Positions 46,690-57,910 are shown, numbered from the stretch's first letter. The stretch: 64,000 nt of DNA from Candidatus Nomurabacteria bacterium (GCA_943349945.1 CALQZS010000002.1:115750-179749), one strand, 5' to 3'. The notes: a model not told the origin generated them from the letters alone. Made by a program: numbers and translations.

Positions 46690-47559
46690 TTACTCGTCTG
46701 GCCTAAAGTGCGCGTCGTATTCTTCGGGCGCTAGATTGATGCGATATATATCGAAGGAATTCTCCCCTTCAAACATATCCGATGGATTGGGCAAGAACAC
46801 CTTCGTGTGCGCCAGCGCCACCGTGGCGTCGCGCACCAGACGGTTAAAGATAATAAATTCGCTACGGAAAGGGCGGAAGTCTATGATATGCCGCCGCATC
46901 TGTGGCGAGCCGTCTGCGTTGCGAGATATTTTGCACTCATGGACAATAAACCGACGTACCGGTTTGCCGTATGTCTTTTTGACCGTGTAGTAATTAAAAA
47001 TAGCCTGCAAGACAAACAGCGACTTGTCCGCCCCGTAGGGGGTAAAGGCCGAGACAAACTTGTGGTCGACAATGTCTATACCCTTGGGGTCTACTTTTGA
47101 CGCGACCACCAAGTCGGATACGGCTTTGATAGGCAGTGGCAAACCTTCTACCGACACCGTCGCCTTAACCTCTACCCCAAGCACTTTGTAGCGGGGCGGC
47201 TTTTCTAGATAAAACTGCACCGCCTGTGTGTACTCGCGCTCCATCTGCTCGCGCTTTTTCTTTTTGTCTGTCTTGGTTTTAGCCTTACCAAAATTAATCT
47301 CAAAGTCTGCAACGTCGCGCAAATACTCCAGCCCCAACTGCAGCGCACCTTCCTTACTAATGCCGCCGTAGTAGTGTTGGAGCGCTGTGTGCGCCGCCCG
47401 ACCTACCACCGCTGCCGGGCCCGACGGCGTATCGTACACCAGCTCGACATAGCGCTTGTGCCAGGCAAGCGGGTTGCGCAAAAAGGCCAAAAGCGACGAG
47501 TGGCTCCAGTATTTAATCGGGAGCTCGGGTACTTTGCTTTTCTTGGCAGCCATACGCAT
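46690..47559 (-). CDS. Putative PD-(D/E)xK-fold nuclease-family protein
   Basis: 289 aa. Candidate D…(I)VDHK catalytic triad region. N-terminal YWSHSSLLAF…. Weak call. Confidence 0.4.
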   Translation of the reverse strand: MRMAAKKSKVPELPIKYWSHSSLLAFLRNPLAWHKRYVELVYDTPSGPAAVVGRAAHTALQHYYGGISKEGALQLGLEYLRDVADFEINFGKAKTKTDKKKKREQMEREYTQAVQFYLEKPPRYKVLGVEVKATVSVEGLPLPIKAVSDLVVASKVDPKGIDIVDHKFVSAFTPYGADKSLFVLQAIFNYYTVKKTYGKPVRRFIVHECKISRNADGSPQMRRHIIDFRPFRSEFIIFNRLVRDATVALAHTKVFLPNPSDMFEGENSFDIYRINLAPEEYDAHFRPDE

Positions 47560-47614
47560 TTAGTATACACAAACGCCACCCTTGTTTGGGTGGCGTTTGG
47601 CCGTGTACTCGCTA

Positions 47615-48928
47615 TTAGTAGCTGCGGAGGCGTTTTGCTTTATCGTGGGTACGGATGCGCTCCAGGGCCTTGGCCTCGATTTGGCGAATGCGCTCGCGGG
47701 TCACGCCAAACTTCTTGCCCACCTCTTCGAGCGTGTGGTATATACCGTCTTCAAGCCCGTGGCGGAGTTTAAGGATTTCGCGCTCTTTGGGAGATAGCTC
47801 GTCCAAAATCTCGTGCAGCTGGTCGCCCAAAATGCGGCGCGACACTTCTTGGTCGGGAGAAAGGATTTTGTCGTCTTTGATAAAGTCGCCCAAAACAGAC
47901 TTACCATCATCATCGTCGGAGCCAACCGGACTCTCGAGCGACACGGTGTCTTGGTCGATTTTTTCTATCTGGTAGATTTTGTCTACATCCACACCCATCT
48001 CAAGTGCAATTTCCTCGGCAAGTGGGTCGCGGCCCAGGTCTTGGCTCAAGCGACGCGACACCTGTTTGTATTTGGCTATGGTTTCTACCATGTGCACAGG
48101 GATGCGAATAGTGCGCGACTGGTCGGCCAAGGCGCGGGTAATAGCCTGGCGGATCCACCATGTAGCATAGGTCGAGAATTTAAATCCTTTGGTGAAGTCG
48201 AATTTGTCGACCGCCTTAAAGAGGCCAAGGTTGCCTTCTTGGATGAGGTCCAAAAGTGTGAGGTCTGGACTACGGCCTACATACTTCTTTGCAATAGAGA
48301 CCACCAAACGGAGGTTTGCACGGGCAAGCAAGTTGCGTGCCTCTGCATCCCCTTCGACGATACGCTTGGCGAAGTCGCGCTCTTGCTGTGCGTTAAGCAG
48401 CGGGTACTTACCAATTTCGCGCAGGTACATCTGGATGGAGTCGTACGAGGAGTCCGAGCGAGAGTAGCCCTTTTCTACAGGGTCTTCGGTGATCTCGAGC
48501 ATGCCGCCGCCTTCGAGCACGTCTATGTGCGCTGTGGAGAGCTTTTCGTACAGCTCTTCCAAAAAGACCACGTCGTCTTCTATATTAGGGAAAGCTTTAA
48601 GAATTTCGTCGTAGGTGATAAACCCTATTTCGCGGCCACGCGCCATCAGCTGCTCGGCCTTTTTGGTTTGCTCGTCGACTTTTTTAGAAACTTTTGCACT
48701 GGCCTTAGGAGCCACCTTCTTTACAGCCTTAGACGAGGCTACGACTTTACGGGGCTTAGGCGCCAACTTTGCACGACGTTTTGCAGCAACCTCGCGAAGT
48801 TGCCGTGCTTTTTTGACCACACTTGCACGCGCTGGAGCCGCCTTACGGACAGGGGCTTTTGCCTTCTTCTGCACCGCCTTTTTAGCAACCTTTTTCTTTT
48901 TCGCCATTTGCCACGCAGTATACCCCAA
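47615..48928 (-). CDS. rpoD: RNA polymerase sigma-70 factor RpoD with Lys/Ala-rich histone-like N-terminal tail
   Basis: Regions 1.2 through 4 are present ([16 protein letters not shown] in region 4). The first ~90 aa are a KKAxK repeat tail. Confidence 0.9.
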   Translation of the reverse strand: MGYTAWQMAKKKKVAKKAVQKKAKAPVRKAAPARASVVKKARQLREVAAKRRAKLAPKPRKVVASSKAVKKVAPKASAKVSKKVDEQTKKAEQLMARGREIGFITYDEILKAFPNIEDDVVFLEELYEKLSTAHIDVLEGGGMLEITEDPVEKGYSRSDSSYDSIQMYLREIGKYPLLNAQQERDFAKRIVEGDAEARNLLARANLRLVVSIAKKYVGRSPDLTLLDLIQEGNLGLFKAVDKFDFTKGFKFSTYATWWIRQAITRALADQSRTIRIPVHMVETIAKYKQVSRRLSQDLGRDPLAEEIALEMGVDVDKIYQIEKIDQDTVSLESPVGSDDDDGKSVLGDFIKDDKILSPDQEVSRRILGDQLHEILDELSPKEREILKLRHGLEDGIYHTLEEVGKKFGVTRERIRQIEAKALERIRTHDKAKRLRSY

Positions 48929-48955
48929 GAGTGGTAAAAAATAAAGGGTGGGTGT

Positions 48956-50581
48956 CTATAAGAATTTTTGCCGCAAGCGCTCTTTCGCCACCACACGCTC
49001 TATGTCGCCCAACAAATCGCTGGCGATTATTTCGGCCGACGAATGTTCGCCCACTTCCCGCTCAAAATCAAAACGTAGACGCTCGGCCTCGCCCGCAAGC
49101 ATGGTCTGTATCTCCTCTAGCCGCTCTGCCCCCAACAATTCAAGCAAGCGCTCTCGCTCTGAAGACGTTGCGGCAAAATAAAAAAGTAGCATACCTGCCT
49201 TGCGCTCCAGCGGCGTTGCAGGCAGAGGCTCGGGCGCAGGCACCGCTACAGACACATCGCCTTGTGGCAACGTGGGGCGTTTAGCCACTTCGGCGTGCAC
49301 CGCCGCCTCGGGCACACGCAGGCGCTCGGCCACAATGCGTATAAAGTGCGCCTGGTCTATTTTGCTCGAGAGGGCTGCAATAAGCGGCAGCAACTGCGCC
49401 TCGATAATTTTTTTGTATACGCGCTCGTCTCCTTGTCTGCCTTGCGGCACAGTGGTGCGGAGCGCATCAAGAAAAAACTCCACGGCGGTTTTGGACTGAC
49501 GCACTGCAGCGCGCAGCGCCTCTGGGTCTGCCTTGGCAATATCTGCCGGATCTTGGCCTTCGGGGAAAGTAGGTATCTTTACATCAAACCCCGCAGCAAA
49601 TGCCATAGCCGTGCTCTTGAGCCCCGAGCGCAGGCCCGCCGGGTCTGCATCAAGCGCCAGGACTAAACGCTTAGAAAGCCGCCCCAAGAGCGCTAGGTGG
49701 TCTGGGGTGAGTGCTGTACCCGAGAGTGCCGCAGTGTAGGGCAAGCCGCTTTGGTGTGCCAATACGAGATCAAATTGTCCCTCCACCAACAACATACAAT
49801 CTGCTTTGCGGATGGCATTTTTTGCCTTGTCGAACCCATAGAGTATTTTGGATTTTTTAAAAAGCGCAGTCTCAGGGCTGTTTACATATTTTGCAGGCTC
49901 CCCTTCTTCTTTGGAGCCTTCTACTTTTTCAAAATAGCGACCAGAGAAAGCGACTACCCTCCCCAAAGGGTCGCTGATGGGAAACATGATCCGCCCGCGA
50001 AATCGGTCGTACACCTCTCCTTGCCGCTTTTCTGAGCGAGCCGCGAGCCCCGCGTCTACTATTTCATCTTTTGAAAACCCTAACGCGGTAAGGTGCTCAG
50101 ACACGCTGTGCCAAGTCGCCGGCGCATATCCCAGTCGCCAGGTTTTTTTACTCTCTTCGTTTACTCCCCGCTTCGCTAGATATTCTTGTATATCGCTACG
50201 GGCAGCAAGTGTGTGTTCAAAAAAGACGGTTGCTGCCTCGCACACCTCGCGCAAGCGCTCTTCTTTGTCTTTGTCGCCTGCATCTTTTTGACCCTGGTAT
50301 TGTTTGAGCACCACCCCTGCTCGCTCGGCCAACTGCTTAAGCGCAGTAGGAAAATCAATACTCTCCATTTTTTGTACAAAAGAAAAAACATCTCCACGCT
50401 CGCCACAACCAAAGCAGATGTACGTCCCCCGCTCGGGAGAGACGTGGAAAGACGGTGTTTTTTCTTTATGAAAGGGGCACCGTGCAGTAAAGGTGCGACC
50501 CGCCTTGTTCAGCTGCACATACTGCCCCACCACTTCTGTGATATTCAACTTGTCTTTTATCTCCTGCACCTGAGAGTCCAT
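48956..50581 (-). CDS. dnaG: DNA primase
   Basis: CHC2 zinc finger (CPFHKEKTPSF…CFGCG), TOPRIM domain (EG…D…DxD). dnaG-rpoD operon. Confidence 0.9.
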   Translation of the reverse strand: MDSQVQEIKDKLNITEVVGQYVQLNKAGRTFTARCPFHKEKTPSFHVSPERGTYICFGCGERGDVFSFVQKMESIDFPTALKQLAERAGVVLKQYQGQKDAGDKDKEERLREVCEAATVFFEHTLAARSDIQEYLAKRGVNEESKKTWRLGYAPATWHSVSEHLTALGFSKDEIVDAGLAARSEKRQGEVYDRFRGRIMFPISDPLGRVVAFSGRYFEKVEGSKEEGEPAKYVNSPETALFKKSKILYGFDKAKNAIRKADCMLLVEGQFDLVLAHQSGLPYTAALSGTALTPDHLALLGRLSKRLVLALDADPAGLRSGLKSTAMAFAAGFDVKIPTFPEGQDPADIAKADPEALRAAVRQSKTAVEFFLDALRTTVPQGRQGDERVYKKIIEAQLLPLIAALSSKIDQAHFIRIVAERLRVPEAAVHAEVAKRPTLPQGDVSVAVPAPEPLPATPLERKAGMLLFYFAATSSERERLLELLGAERLEEIQTMLAGEAERLRFDFEREVGEHSSAEIIASDLLGDIERVVAKERLRQKFL

Positions 50582-50672
50582 GTACCCTCATTCTAGCCGT
50601 TTTCGCCTGTCTTGCACACAAAACCCCCGAAGGTCTAACCTTCGGGGGTTTTGCTACAAACTATTTTGAAGT

Positions 50673-53600
50673 TTAGATAACTTCGGACTCTACTACCTCG
50701 GGTGCCGCAGCATATTTATTGACCAGGCGCTCTTTAGGAGAACCTTTGAAGCCAGTACCTGCTGGAATAAGACGACCGATGATAACGTTTTCTTTAAGAC
50801 CTTCGAGGCGGTCTACACTACCGTACATTGCTGCTTTGATAAGCATACGAGTGGTGTTTTGGAAGGACGCTGCAGAGAGGAAGCTCTGACGAGAAAGCGA
50901 GACGTCCAAAATTCCCATCACCAATGGCTCGCTCTTTGCAGGCTCGCCACCATCTTGTACCGCTTTTTCGCTTGCATCGCGCAAGTCGCTTTCGCTGGTT
51001 ACATCGCCGACAGAGTACTCGGTGCCACCTTGGTCGGTGACGCGCACGCGCGAGAACATCTGGCGCACAATGGTCTCCAAGTGTTTTGCCGAGATACTTG
51101 CACCCTGGAGTTCGTAGATTTTTACCACCTCCGAGATCAAGTACTCTTGTGTACGCTCTTTGCCCGCGTACTTAAAGAGGTCGGACAGGTCGGCTGAACC
51201 GTCGGTCAAGAGTTGCCCCTTGGTGATGCGCTCCCCAACTTTGACAAGCGGGATGCGGCGGAAGTTTACATCGTACTCAATAGTTTCTTTTTTGCCTTTA
51301 CCACGGAATTCGAGGTCTGGAGTTATAACCAACACCTTTTCTTTGCCTTCGTCGCGGATCTCGAGCACCTCGCCCGAGACAGTTGCCACAATGGCAGGGT
51401 TGCGTGGCATGCGGCGCTCGAAGATTTCTTCAACACGTGGCAAACCTTGGGTGATGTCGCCACCTACAGAGGCTGCACCGCCGGCGTGGAAGGTACGCAT
51501 AGTGAGCTGGGTTCCTGGCTCGCCGATCGCCTGTGCGGCCACAGTACCCACAGCCTCGCCGAGTGCCACTGGTTTGGTGGTACCGAGGTCTGCACCATAA
51601 CAGCGGGCACAGATACCACGGCCTGCACGGCAGCCAATAGGAGAGCGTACATAGACAGACGCGACACCCATCTCTTCAATATGCTTGGCGTCTGCTCCCG
51701 TCACAAAGTGGCCTTTTTTGTAGATAACCTTACCTTCGGCTTCTACATCGCCTGCCAAGTAACGGCCAGTGATGTTTTGTGCCAAGAAGGTGCCGATACC
51801 CGACGCACTTTCGCGCTTAATAGTGAGGCCTTCTTTAGTGTCGCAATCATCGTGGGCAATAACCACGTCCTGCGCAACATCAAAGAGTCGGCGTGTCAGG
51901 TACCCTGCTTTTGCAGTGTTGAGCGCGGTGTCCGACAGACCTTTACGCGAACCGTGTGTAGTGATGAAGTACTCCAGCGGAGTCAAACCTTCTTTCATAG
52001 ACTTGGTAATTGGGAACTCAATTGCCTCGCCCGTTGGAGATGCGATGAGGCCTTTCATACCGGCCATCTGCGTTACTTGCGCCACCGAACCGCGGGCGCC
52101 CGAGCGCAACATGTCAGACACCGAGCCGTTGTCCGGCAGGGTCGCTGGCATCAACTTCTCTACCTCAGACTTGGCAGCATGCCAGACTTCGATGTTCATA
52201 CGGTAACGCTCTTCTTCCGACAACAAGCCGTCTTGCCAGTGTTTGACCACCTGTGCAGATTTTGCTTCTGCGGCTTCGACGATGTCGTTCTTCTCTTTTG
52301 GTACGCGGATGTCGTCGAGCGACCAAGTGATACCCGACTGGGTAACGTAGCGGAAGCCGAAGTTCTTGATACGGTCCAAGATCTCTGGGATTTTCTCTAG
52401 GCCGTAGCGTGCAATAAGGTCGTCTATCAACTTGGACAGCGCCTTCTTGTCGATACTTGCGTTAATGAATGGATAGTCACTTGGGAAGACTGTGTTGAAG
52501 AGCAGTCGGCCGACAGTAGTTTCGAAGATCTGACCACCAAAGGCGGCATACTTCTCTTTTTCTGACGGCATGACTTTTATCTTTGCTTGGAAGCCCACAT
52601 GACCGTAGTCGTATGCAAGGATGGCGCTGTTTGGATTTGGGAATGCCATACCCTCGCCCTTTGCACCCACCACCTCTTTGGTCATCCAGTAGGTGCCGAG
52701 CAAGATGTCGAGCAACTTGGTCGCAACCACAGGTTCTGAGTTACCAGGTTTGAGGATGTTTTTGGTTGCGGACATAATCTCGCGTGCCTCGGTTTGAGCC
52801 TCGGGAGACAACGGCACGTGCACCGCCATTTGGTCGCCGTCGAAGTCTGCGTTAAACGCTGGACATACAAGCGGGTGGAGCTGGATAGCGTTACCCTCGA
52901 TCAAGATAGGCTGGAAAGCTTGGATACCCAGACGGTGCAAGGTTGGTGCGCGGTTAAGCAACACGTACTTGTCGCGGATAACATCTTCGAGTATCGCCCA
53001 CACCTCTGGTACTCCTTCGTCTATAAGACGACCAGCGCCACGAATGTTGTAGGCAAGCTCTTTTTCGAGCAATTTGCCGATAACGAATGGGCGGAAGAGT
53101 TCCAGCGCCATGTGTTTTGGCAAACCACATTGATTAAGGCGAAGTTCAGGACCCACCACGATAACCGAGCGGCCCGAGTAGTCGACGCGCTTACCAAGCA
53201 AGTTCTGACGGAAGAGACCGTGTTTGCCCTTCAAGTTATCAGAGAGCGATTTGAGCGGACGTGTGCGAGCCTGGGTCGTAGCCGAAAACGCTGCACCACC
53301 GTGGCGTATAGAGTTGTCGACAAGTGCGTCGATTGCCTCCTGCAAGATGCGCTTCTCGTTGCGCAAGATAACGTCTGGCGCGTGGATTTCTATCAGTTTT
53401 TTGAGACGGTTGTTGCGGTTTATCACGCGGCGGTAGAGGTCGTTTACATCCGAAGTTGCATGACGGCCGCCGTCGAGCGCAACCATAGGGCGTAGACCCG
53501 GTGGGATAACAGGAATGCGGGTTAGGAACATCCACTCTGGGCGAACGTTTGCCCGGATCATACCGCGCAAAATAGAGAGACGCTTGCCAAGTTTTTCGCG

Positions 53601-56600
53601 CTCAGCGGCACCTGCCTTCAAAAGTGCAGTCTCGGTATTTTCTGCCATCTCTTTGAGGTTGAGCTTTTTGCACAAGTCGTACATTGCCTCGGCGCCAATA
53701 CCCGCCTCGAACATTGCACCGTACTTGATTACATAACGGTGGTATTTTGGCTCGTCAAGCACAGAGCCGACAAAGATAGACTCGATGTCGCGCTTTGCCT
53801 CGAGGAAGAGTTCTTTCATTTTGTCCTTAGACTTTTCGTCTTGAAGGTTTTTGAGTTTTTGTTTGTATTCGCTCTCAAGTTCGCCTACGATGCGCTCCTT
53901 TTCTGCTTTGTGCACCTGCGTCACTATGTAGCCTGCGAAGTAGACTACCTTTTCGAGGTCGCCACCGGAGATGCCAAGCACCATAGAGAGGCGCGACGGA
54001 ATAGCGCGAAGGAACCATACGTGCGCTACCGGCACTGCCAAGTCGACATGGCCCATGCGCTCGCGACGCACAATTGCACGAGTGATTTCGACGCCACATT
54101 TTTCACAGACAATACCTTTGTAGCGGATGCCGCGGTATTTGCCACAGTAACATTCGTAGTCGCGCTCTGGCCCGAAGATCTTTTCGTCAAAGAGTGAGTT
54201 TTTCTCTGGGCGCTGGGTACGGTAGTTGATGGTTTCTGGCTTGGTAACCTCGCCGTGCGACCATTCAAGAATTTTTTCAGGAGACGCTGGGCGGATGCGG
54301 ACAGCGTCAAAGTCAGACACCTCAGACCCAGGACCTTTGCGCACGCCCATAGGCTGGCCGCCGCGCATAAGCTCTACGTCGAGTGCCAAACCGCGAAGGG
54401 TGTGCAAGAGAACGTTAAACGACGCTGGTGCGTAGTGGTGGTTGATACGCTCGCCACGGACAATAGAGTCGAATGCAGCAGAGCGGCCCATGATGTCGTC
54501 GGACTTGATGGTGAGCATCTCGCGAAGGGTGTAGGCAGCACCATAGCCCAGGAGCGCCCACACTTCCATTTCTCCAAAACGCTGACCACCACCTTGCGCC
54601 TTACCACCAAGCGGCTGCTGGGTAATAAGCGAGTAGGGTCCAATAGAGCGCATGTGGATTTTATCTTCCACCATGTGGTGCAGCTTGAGGATGTACATGT
54701 AGCCAACGGAGATATCCTGCTCGAACTGCTCGCCGGTGCGGCCGTCGAAGAGCTTCATCTTGCCGTTTTCGTTGAAGCCTGCTTTTTTGAGCTCGCCGCG
54801 GATTTCTTCGTCAGTTGCTCCTGCAAATGGAGGACAAATTGCTTGGTAGTTGAGGCTGTTTGCCGCAAGCCCCAAGTGGAGCTCGAGGATTTGTCCTAGG
54901 TTCATACGGCTTGGCACACCAAGTGGGGTCAGAATCACGTCCACTGGGCGACCATCTTCCATGTATGGCATGTCTTCCTCGGGCAAGATGCGCGAGATAA
55001 CACCTTTGTTACCGTGGCGGCCTGCAAGTTTGTCGCCCACAGACACAGTGCGGAGCTGTGCTATTTCGATATGAATGCGCTTGATGATACCGCTTTCGAG
55101 CTGGTGCCCTGCTTCGCGGGAAAATACCTTAACGCCAATGATGCGGCCACGCTTGCCGTTTTCCATCCGGAGAGACGAGTCTTTTACATCGCGCGCTTTG
55201 TCGCCAAAGATACTGCGGAGCAAACGTTCCTCTGGGGTAAGTTGTGTTTCGCCTTTTGGTGTGATTTTACCTACCAAGATGTCGCCTGGGCGGACTTCCG
55301 AGCCAGTGCGGATAACGCCGTCCTCGTCGAGGTTGCGGAGCTTTGCTTCCGACACGTTAGGGATGTCGTGAGTGGTCTCTTCTGGCCCAAGCTTGGTGTC
55401 ACGGACGTTGCAGACAAACTCTTCGATATGGATAGAGGCGAATTTAGAATTTTTGACGAGACGCTCAGAGATGATGATTGCGTCTTCGTAGTTTGCACCC
55501 GACCAGCACATAAACGCCACGAGGGCGTTCTGGCCAAGCGCCAACTGACCTTGGTCTGAGGTAGAAGTATCGGCAAGCAAGTCGCCTTTTTTGACCTTGG
55601 TACCCACAGACACTGCTGGGCGGCCGTGCAGCGCGGTGAAGCCGTTGGTGCGTACGAAGTTAACAATTGGGTACTCTACTTCTTTACCCTTTTCGTTTTT
55701 GACCTTGATGCGCTTACCGTCTGCCTGAGTTACCACACCTGCCTCTTTGGCAATAATCAAACGGCCAGTGTCGCGCGCAGCGCGTTCTTCCATGCCGGTT
55801 GCCACAAGCGGAGCTTCAGGGATGATGCAGGGAGTAGCCTGCTTTTGCATGTTCGAACCCATGAGTGCGCGGTTTGCGTCGTCGTGCTCGAGGAATGGGA
55901 TCATCGAGGTTGCGATAGAAAATGGCTGCGCTGGGTCAACGTCGATGTAGTTTACGTCTTTGCGGGCAACACGGGTTGGTGAGCCGTTGAGGCGCACCTC
56001 CACCATGTCCTCAACAATCTTGCCGTCGTCTGCAACTTTTGTTGCACCGTGTGCAATTATTTGTTTTTCTTCTTCGGCTGCGTTTAGGTACACTACCTCG
56101 CCTGTAACATGGCCGTTCGCCACCTTTACATACGGAGTTTCGATCATGCCGAACTCATTGAGCCGCGCAAAAGTCGAGAGACGCAAAATAAGGCCGATGT
56201 TGGGGCCTTCTGGGGTGTGGATTGGGCACAGACGTCCGTAGTGCGATGGGTGCACGTCGCGTACCTCAAAACCGGCACGCTCGCGGGTCAAACCTCCTGG
56301 ACCCAAGGCCGAGAGTGTACGCAAGTGCTCGAGCTCGGTCAGCGCGTTTTCTTGCTGCATGAACTGCGAAAGCTGGTTGGTGGTGAAAAATTCTTTGATG
56401 CGTGCTTGCAGCGGGCGCGGGTTTACGAACTGCTGCGGCATAGTTGCATCCGTGTCGATAGTCGACATGCGGTCCTGGATATTGCGCTTCATGTGGGTCA
56501 AACCAACACGCAAGCGCTGCTGGAGCATCTCGCCCACATAGCGTACGCGGCGGGACCCAAGGTGGTCGATGTTGTCTTCCATCGCCTCTGGGTCATGCTC

Positions 56601-57506
56601 GAGCTTGAGCACATGGTCGAGCACGACCACCACGTCTGCGAGAGAGAGTGTTTTACGGGTAAGCTCTTTTTCGTCGAGCGACTTTTCGAATCGCTGGTTA
56701 AAGCGGTAGCGACCAACACGAGAAAGGTCGTAGCGGTCTTCGCTAAAGATAGAGTCTATATATTCGCGGGCGTTTGCGGCCGTTGCCAAGTCGCCATCGC
56801 GCAGGCGCTTGTGGATTTCGATGTATGCCTCCTCGACTGTTTTTGCAGGATCGTTTTCGAGCGCCTCTGCCATCCACTGCTTGCCGTACTCTGACTGCGC
56901 AAACAATGCCTGCAAGTCTTGGTTGCTGTGTGCACCAAGCACTCGGAGCAAGGAAGTTGCGGGGAACTTGCGCTTGCGGTCGATGCGCACCTGGAGCTGG
57001 CCGTCGGCATCTGCCTCTATTTCTATCCATGCGCCACGGGCAGGGATTATCTTTGCACCAAAGTGGCGCTTGCCCTTGACCTCGTCTGCGGTAAAAAATA
57101 CGCCGTATGAGCGTGCGAGCTGTGGCACGATAACGCGCTCGACACCGTTTATCACAAAGGTGCCGTGCTCGGTCATCATAGGAAAATCAGCAAGAAAGAT
57201 TTCTTGCTCTTTTTCTGTACCCTGGGCTTTGTTTTTGAGCTTCACAATCGCACGCAATGGGATGTCGAGCGACATCTTTTGCGCCTTTGCGTAGTGCTCG
57301 TCGAACTTTGGCTCGCCCAACTCTATCTTTGAAAACTCAAGATCAAACTTTTTGCCCGAATAGTCCTTGATGGGGGTGAACTCTTTAAAAATTTCGCGAA
57401 CTCCTTCGGTGAGGAGCTGCTTGTATGAGTCTACTTGGGCAGCGACGAGGTTTGGGGTTTCTACGCGTGGGGTGCGGTAGCGGCTGAAAAACTTTTGTTC
57501 TCGCAT
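50673..57506 (-). CDS. rpoBC: Fused RNA polymerase beta-beta-prime subunit (RpoB-RpoC in one ORF)
   Basis: The RpoB C-terminus (…SFNVLLHTLRGLALDVELM) joins through an ~18-aa linker to the RpoC N-terminus (…FDAVRIRPASPEKILEWSHGEV…CGKYRG…CEKCGVEITR). NADFDGD is present. 2277 codons from the internal Met. Confidence 0.85.
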   Translation of the reverse strand: MREQKFFSRYRTPRVETPNLVAAQVDSYKQLLTEGVREIFKEFTPIKDYSGKKFDLEFSKIELGEPKFDEHYAKAQKMSLDIPLRAIVKLKNKAQGTEKEQEIFLADFPMMTEHGTFVINGVERVIVPQLARSYGVFFTADEVKGKRHFGAKIIPARGAWIEIEADADGQLQVRIDRKRKFPATSLLRVLGAHSNQDLQALFAQSEYGKQWMAEALENDPAKTVEEAYIEIHKRLRDGDLATAANAREYIDSIFSEDRYDLSRVGRYRFNQRFEKSLDEKELTRKTLSLADVVVVLDHVLKLEHDPEAMEDNIDHLGSRRVRYVGEMLQQRLRVGLTHMKRNIQDRMSTIDTDATMPQQFVNPRPLQARIKEFFTTNQLSQFMQQENALTELEHLRTLSALGPGGLTRERAGFEVRDVHPSHYGRLCPIHTPEGPNIGLILRLSTFARLNEFGMIETPYVKVANGHVTGEVVYLNAAEEEKQIIAHGATKVADDGKIVEDMVEVRLNGSPTRVARKDVNYIDVDPAQPFSIATSMIPFLEHDDANRALMGSNMQKQATPCIIPEAPLVATGMEERAARDTGRLIIAKEAGVVTQADGKRIKVKNEKGKEVEYPIVNFVRTNGFTALHGRPAVSVGTKVKKGDLLADTSTSDQGQLALGQNALVAFMCWSGANYEDAIIISERLVKNSKFASIHIEEFVCNVRDTKLGPEETTHDIPNVSEAKLRNLDEDGVIRTGSEVRPGDILVGKITPKGETQLTPEERLLRSIFGDKARDVKDSSLRMENGKRGRIIGVKVFSREAGHQLESGIIKRIHIEIAQLRTVSVGDKLAGRHGNKGVISRILPEEDMPYMEDGRPVDVILTPLGVPSRMNLGQILELHLGLAANSLNYQAICPPFAGATDEEIRGELKKAGFNENGKMKLFDGRTGEQFEQDISVGYMYILKLHHMVEDKIHMRSIGPYSLITQQPLGGKAQGGGQRFGEMEVWALLGYGAAYTLREMLTIKSDDIMGRSAAFDSIVRGERINHHYAPASFNVLLHTLRGLALDVELMRGGQPMGVRKGPGSEVSDFDAVRIRPASPEKILEWSHGEVTKPETINYRTQRPEKNSLFDEKIFGPERDYECYCGKYRGIRYKGIVCEKCGVEITRAIVRRERMGHVDLAVPVAHVWFLRAIPSRLSMVLGISGGDLEKVVYFAGYIVTQVHKAEKERIVGELESEYKQKLKNLQDEKSKDKMKELFLEAKRDIESIFVGSVLDEPKYHRYVIKYGAMFEAGIGAEAMYDLCKKLNLKEMAENTETALLKAGAAEREKLGKRLSILRGMIRANVRPEWMFLTRIPVIPPGLRPMVALDGGRHATSDVNDLYRRVINRNNRLKKLIEIHAPDVILRNEKRILQEAIDALVDNSIRHGGAAFSATTQARTRPLKSLSDNLKGKHGLFRQNLLGKRVDYSGRSVIVVGPELRLNQCGLPKHMALELFRPFVIGKLLEKELAYNIRGAGRLIDEGVPEVWAILEDVIRDKYVLLNRAPTLHRLGIQAFQPILIEGNAIQLHPLVCPAFNADFDGDQMAVHVPLSPEAQTEAREIMSATKNILKPGNSEPVVATKLLDILLGTYWMTKEVVGAKGEGMAFPNPNSAILAYDYGHVGFQAKIKVMPSEKEKYAAFGGQIFETTVGRLLFNTVFPSDYPFINASIDKKALSKLIDDLIARYGLEKIPEILDRIKNFGFRYVTQSGITWSLDDIRVPKEKNDIVEAAEAKSAQVVKHWQDGLLSEEERYRMNIEVWHAAKSEVEKLMPATLPDNGSVSDMLRSGARGSVAQVTQMAGMKGLIASPTGEAIEFPITKSMKEGLTPLEYFITTHGSRKGLSDTALNTAKAGYLTRRLFDVAQDVVIAHDDCDTKEGLTIKRESASGIGTFLAQNITGRYLAGDVEAEGKVIYKKGHFVTGADAKHIEEMGVASVYVRSPIGCRAGRGICARCYGADLGTTKPVALGEAVGTVAAQAIGEPGTQLTMRTFHAGGAASVGGDITQGLPRVEEIFERRMPRNPAIVATVSGEVLEIRDEGKEKVLVITPDLEFRGKGKKETIEYDVNFRRIPLVKVGERITKGQLLTDGSADLSDLFKYAGKERTQEYLISEVVKIYELQGASISAKHLETIVRQMFSRVRVTDQGGTEYSVGDVTSESDLRDASEKAVQDGGEPAKSEPLVMGILDVSLSRQSFLSAASFQNTTRMLIKAAMYGSVDRLEGLKENVIIGRLIPAGTGFKGSPKERLVNKYAAAPEVVESEVI

Positions 57507-57910
57507 AATGAGTTTTGGATGAAGGCCGTTAATAATAAGTTGCTTGTAATCGCACGTTACTAAAAAATCTCGGGAGCTGCTTTGCCATAAACCAACTATG
57601 GTCAAGAGAGCTATCCACAGAGCCAAAACGCGAAAAAAGCGAGCGCATATACGCTCCCCCGCTTGGCCTCTGCGCCTCGCTTTAGGTGATTATTGCTAAC
57701 CACTATTCAATTGTGTCGAAACTTCAGCCCATAACTCATTCAATTTGAAGGTTTTAGCCTCCAAATGCCCCGCTTTGTTTCATTTACTATTGTACTCCCC
57801 TGGTTTGGGGTGTCAAGCGAATTTCCCCAGCCATGCCTAGTTTTAGAGTTCTGCACACCTTTTACTATATAAAACTGGACAAAAACTGACATTTACTGCA
57901 TATTATTTTC

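Noticed and set aside
51213-52400. 395-aa plus-strand ORF, and several others, inside rpoBC
   Set aside because: They are antisense to an unmistakable RNAP gene and have no motifs. They are typical long shadow ORFs.
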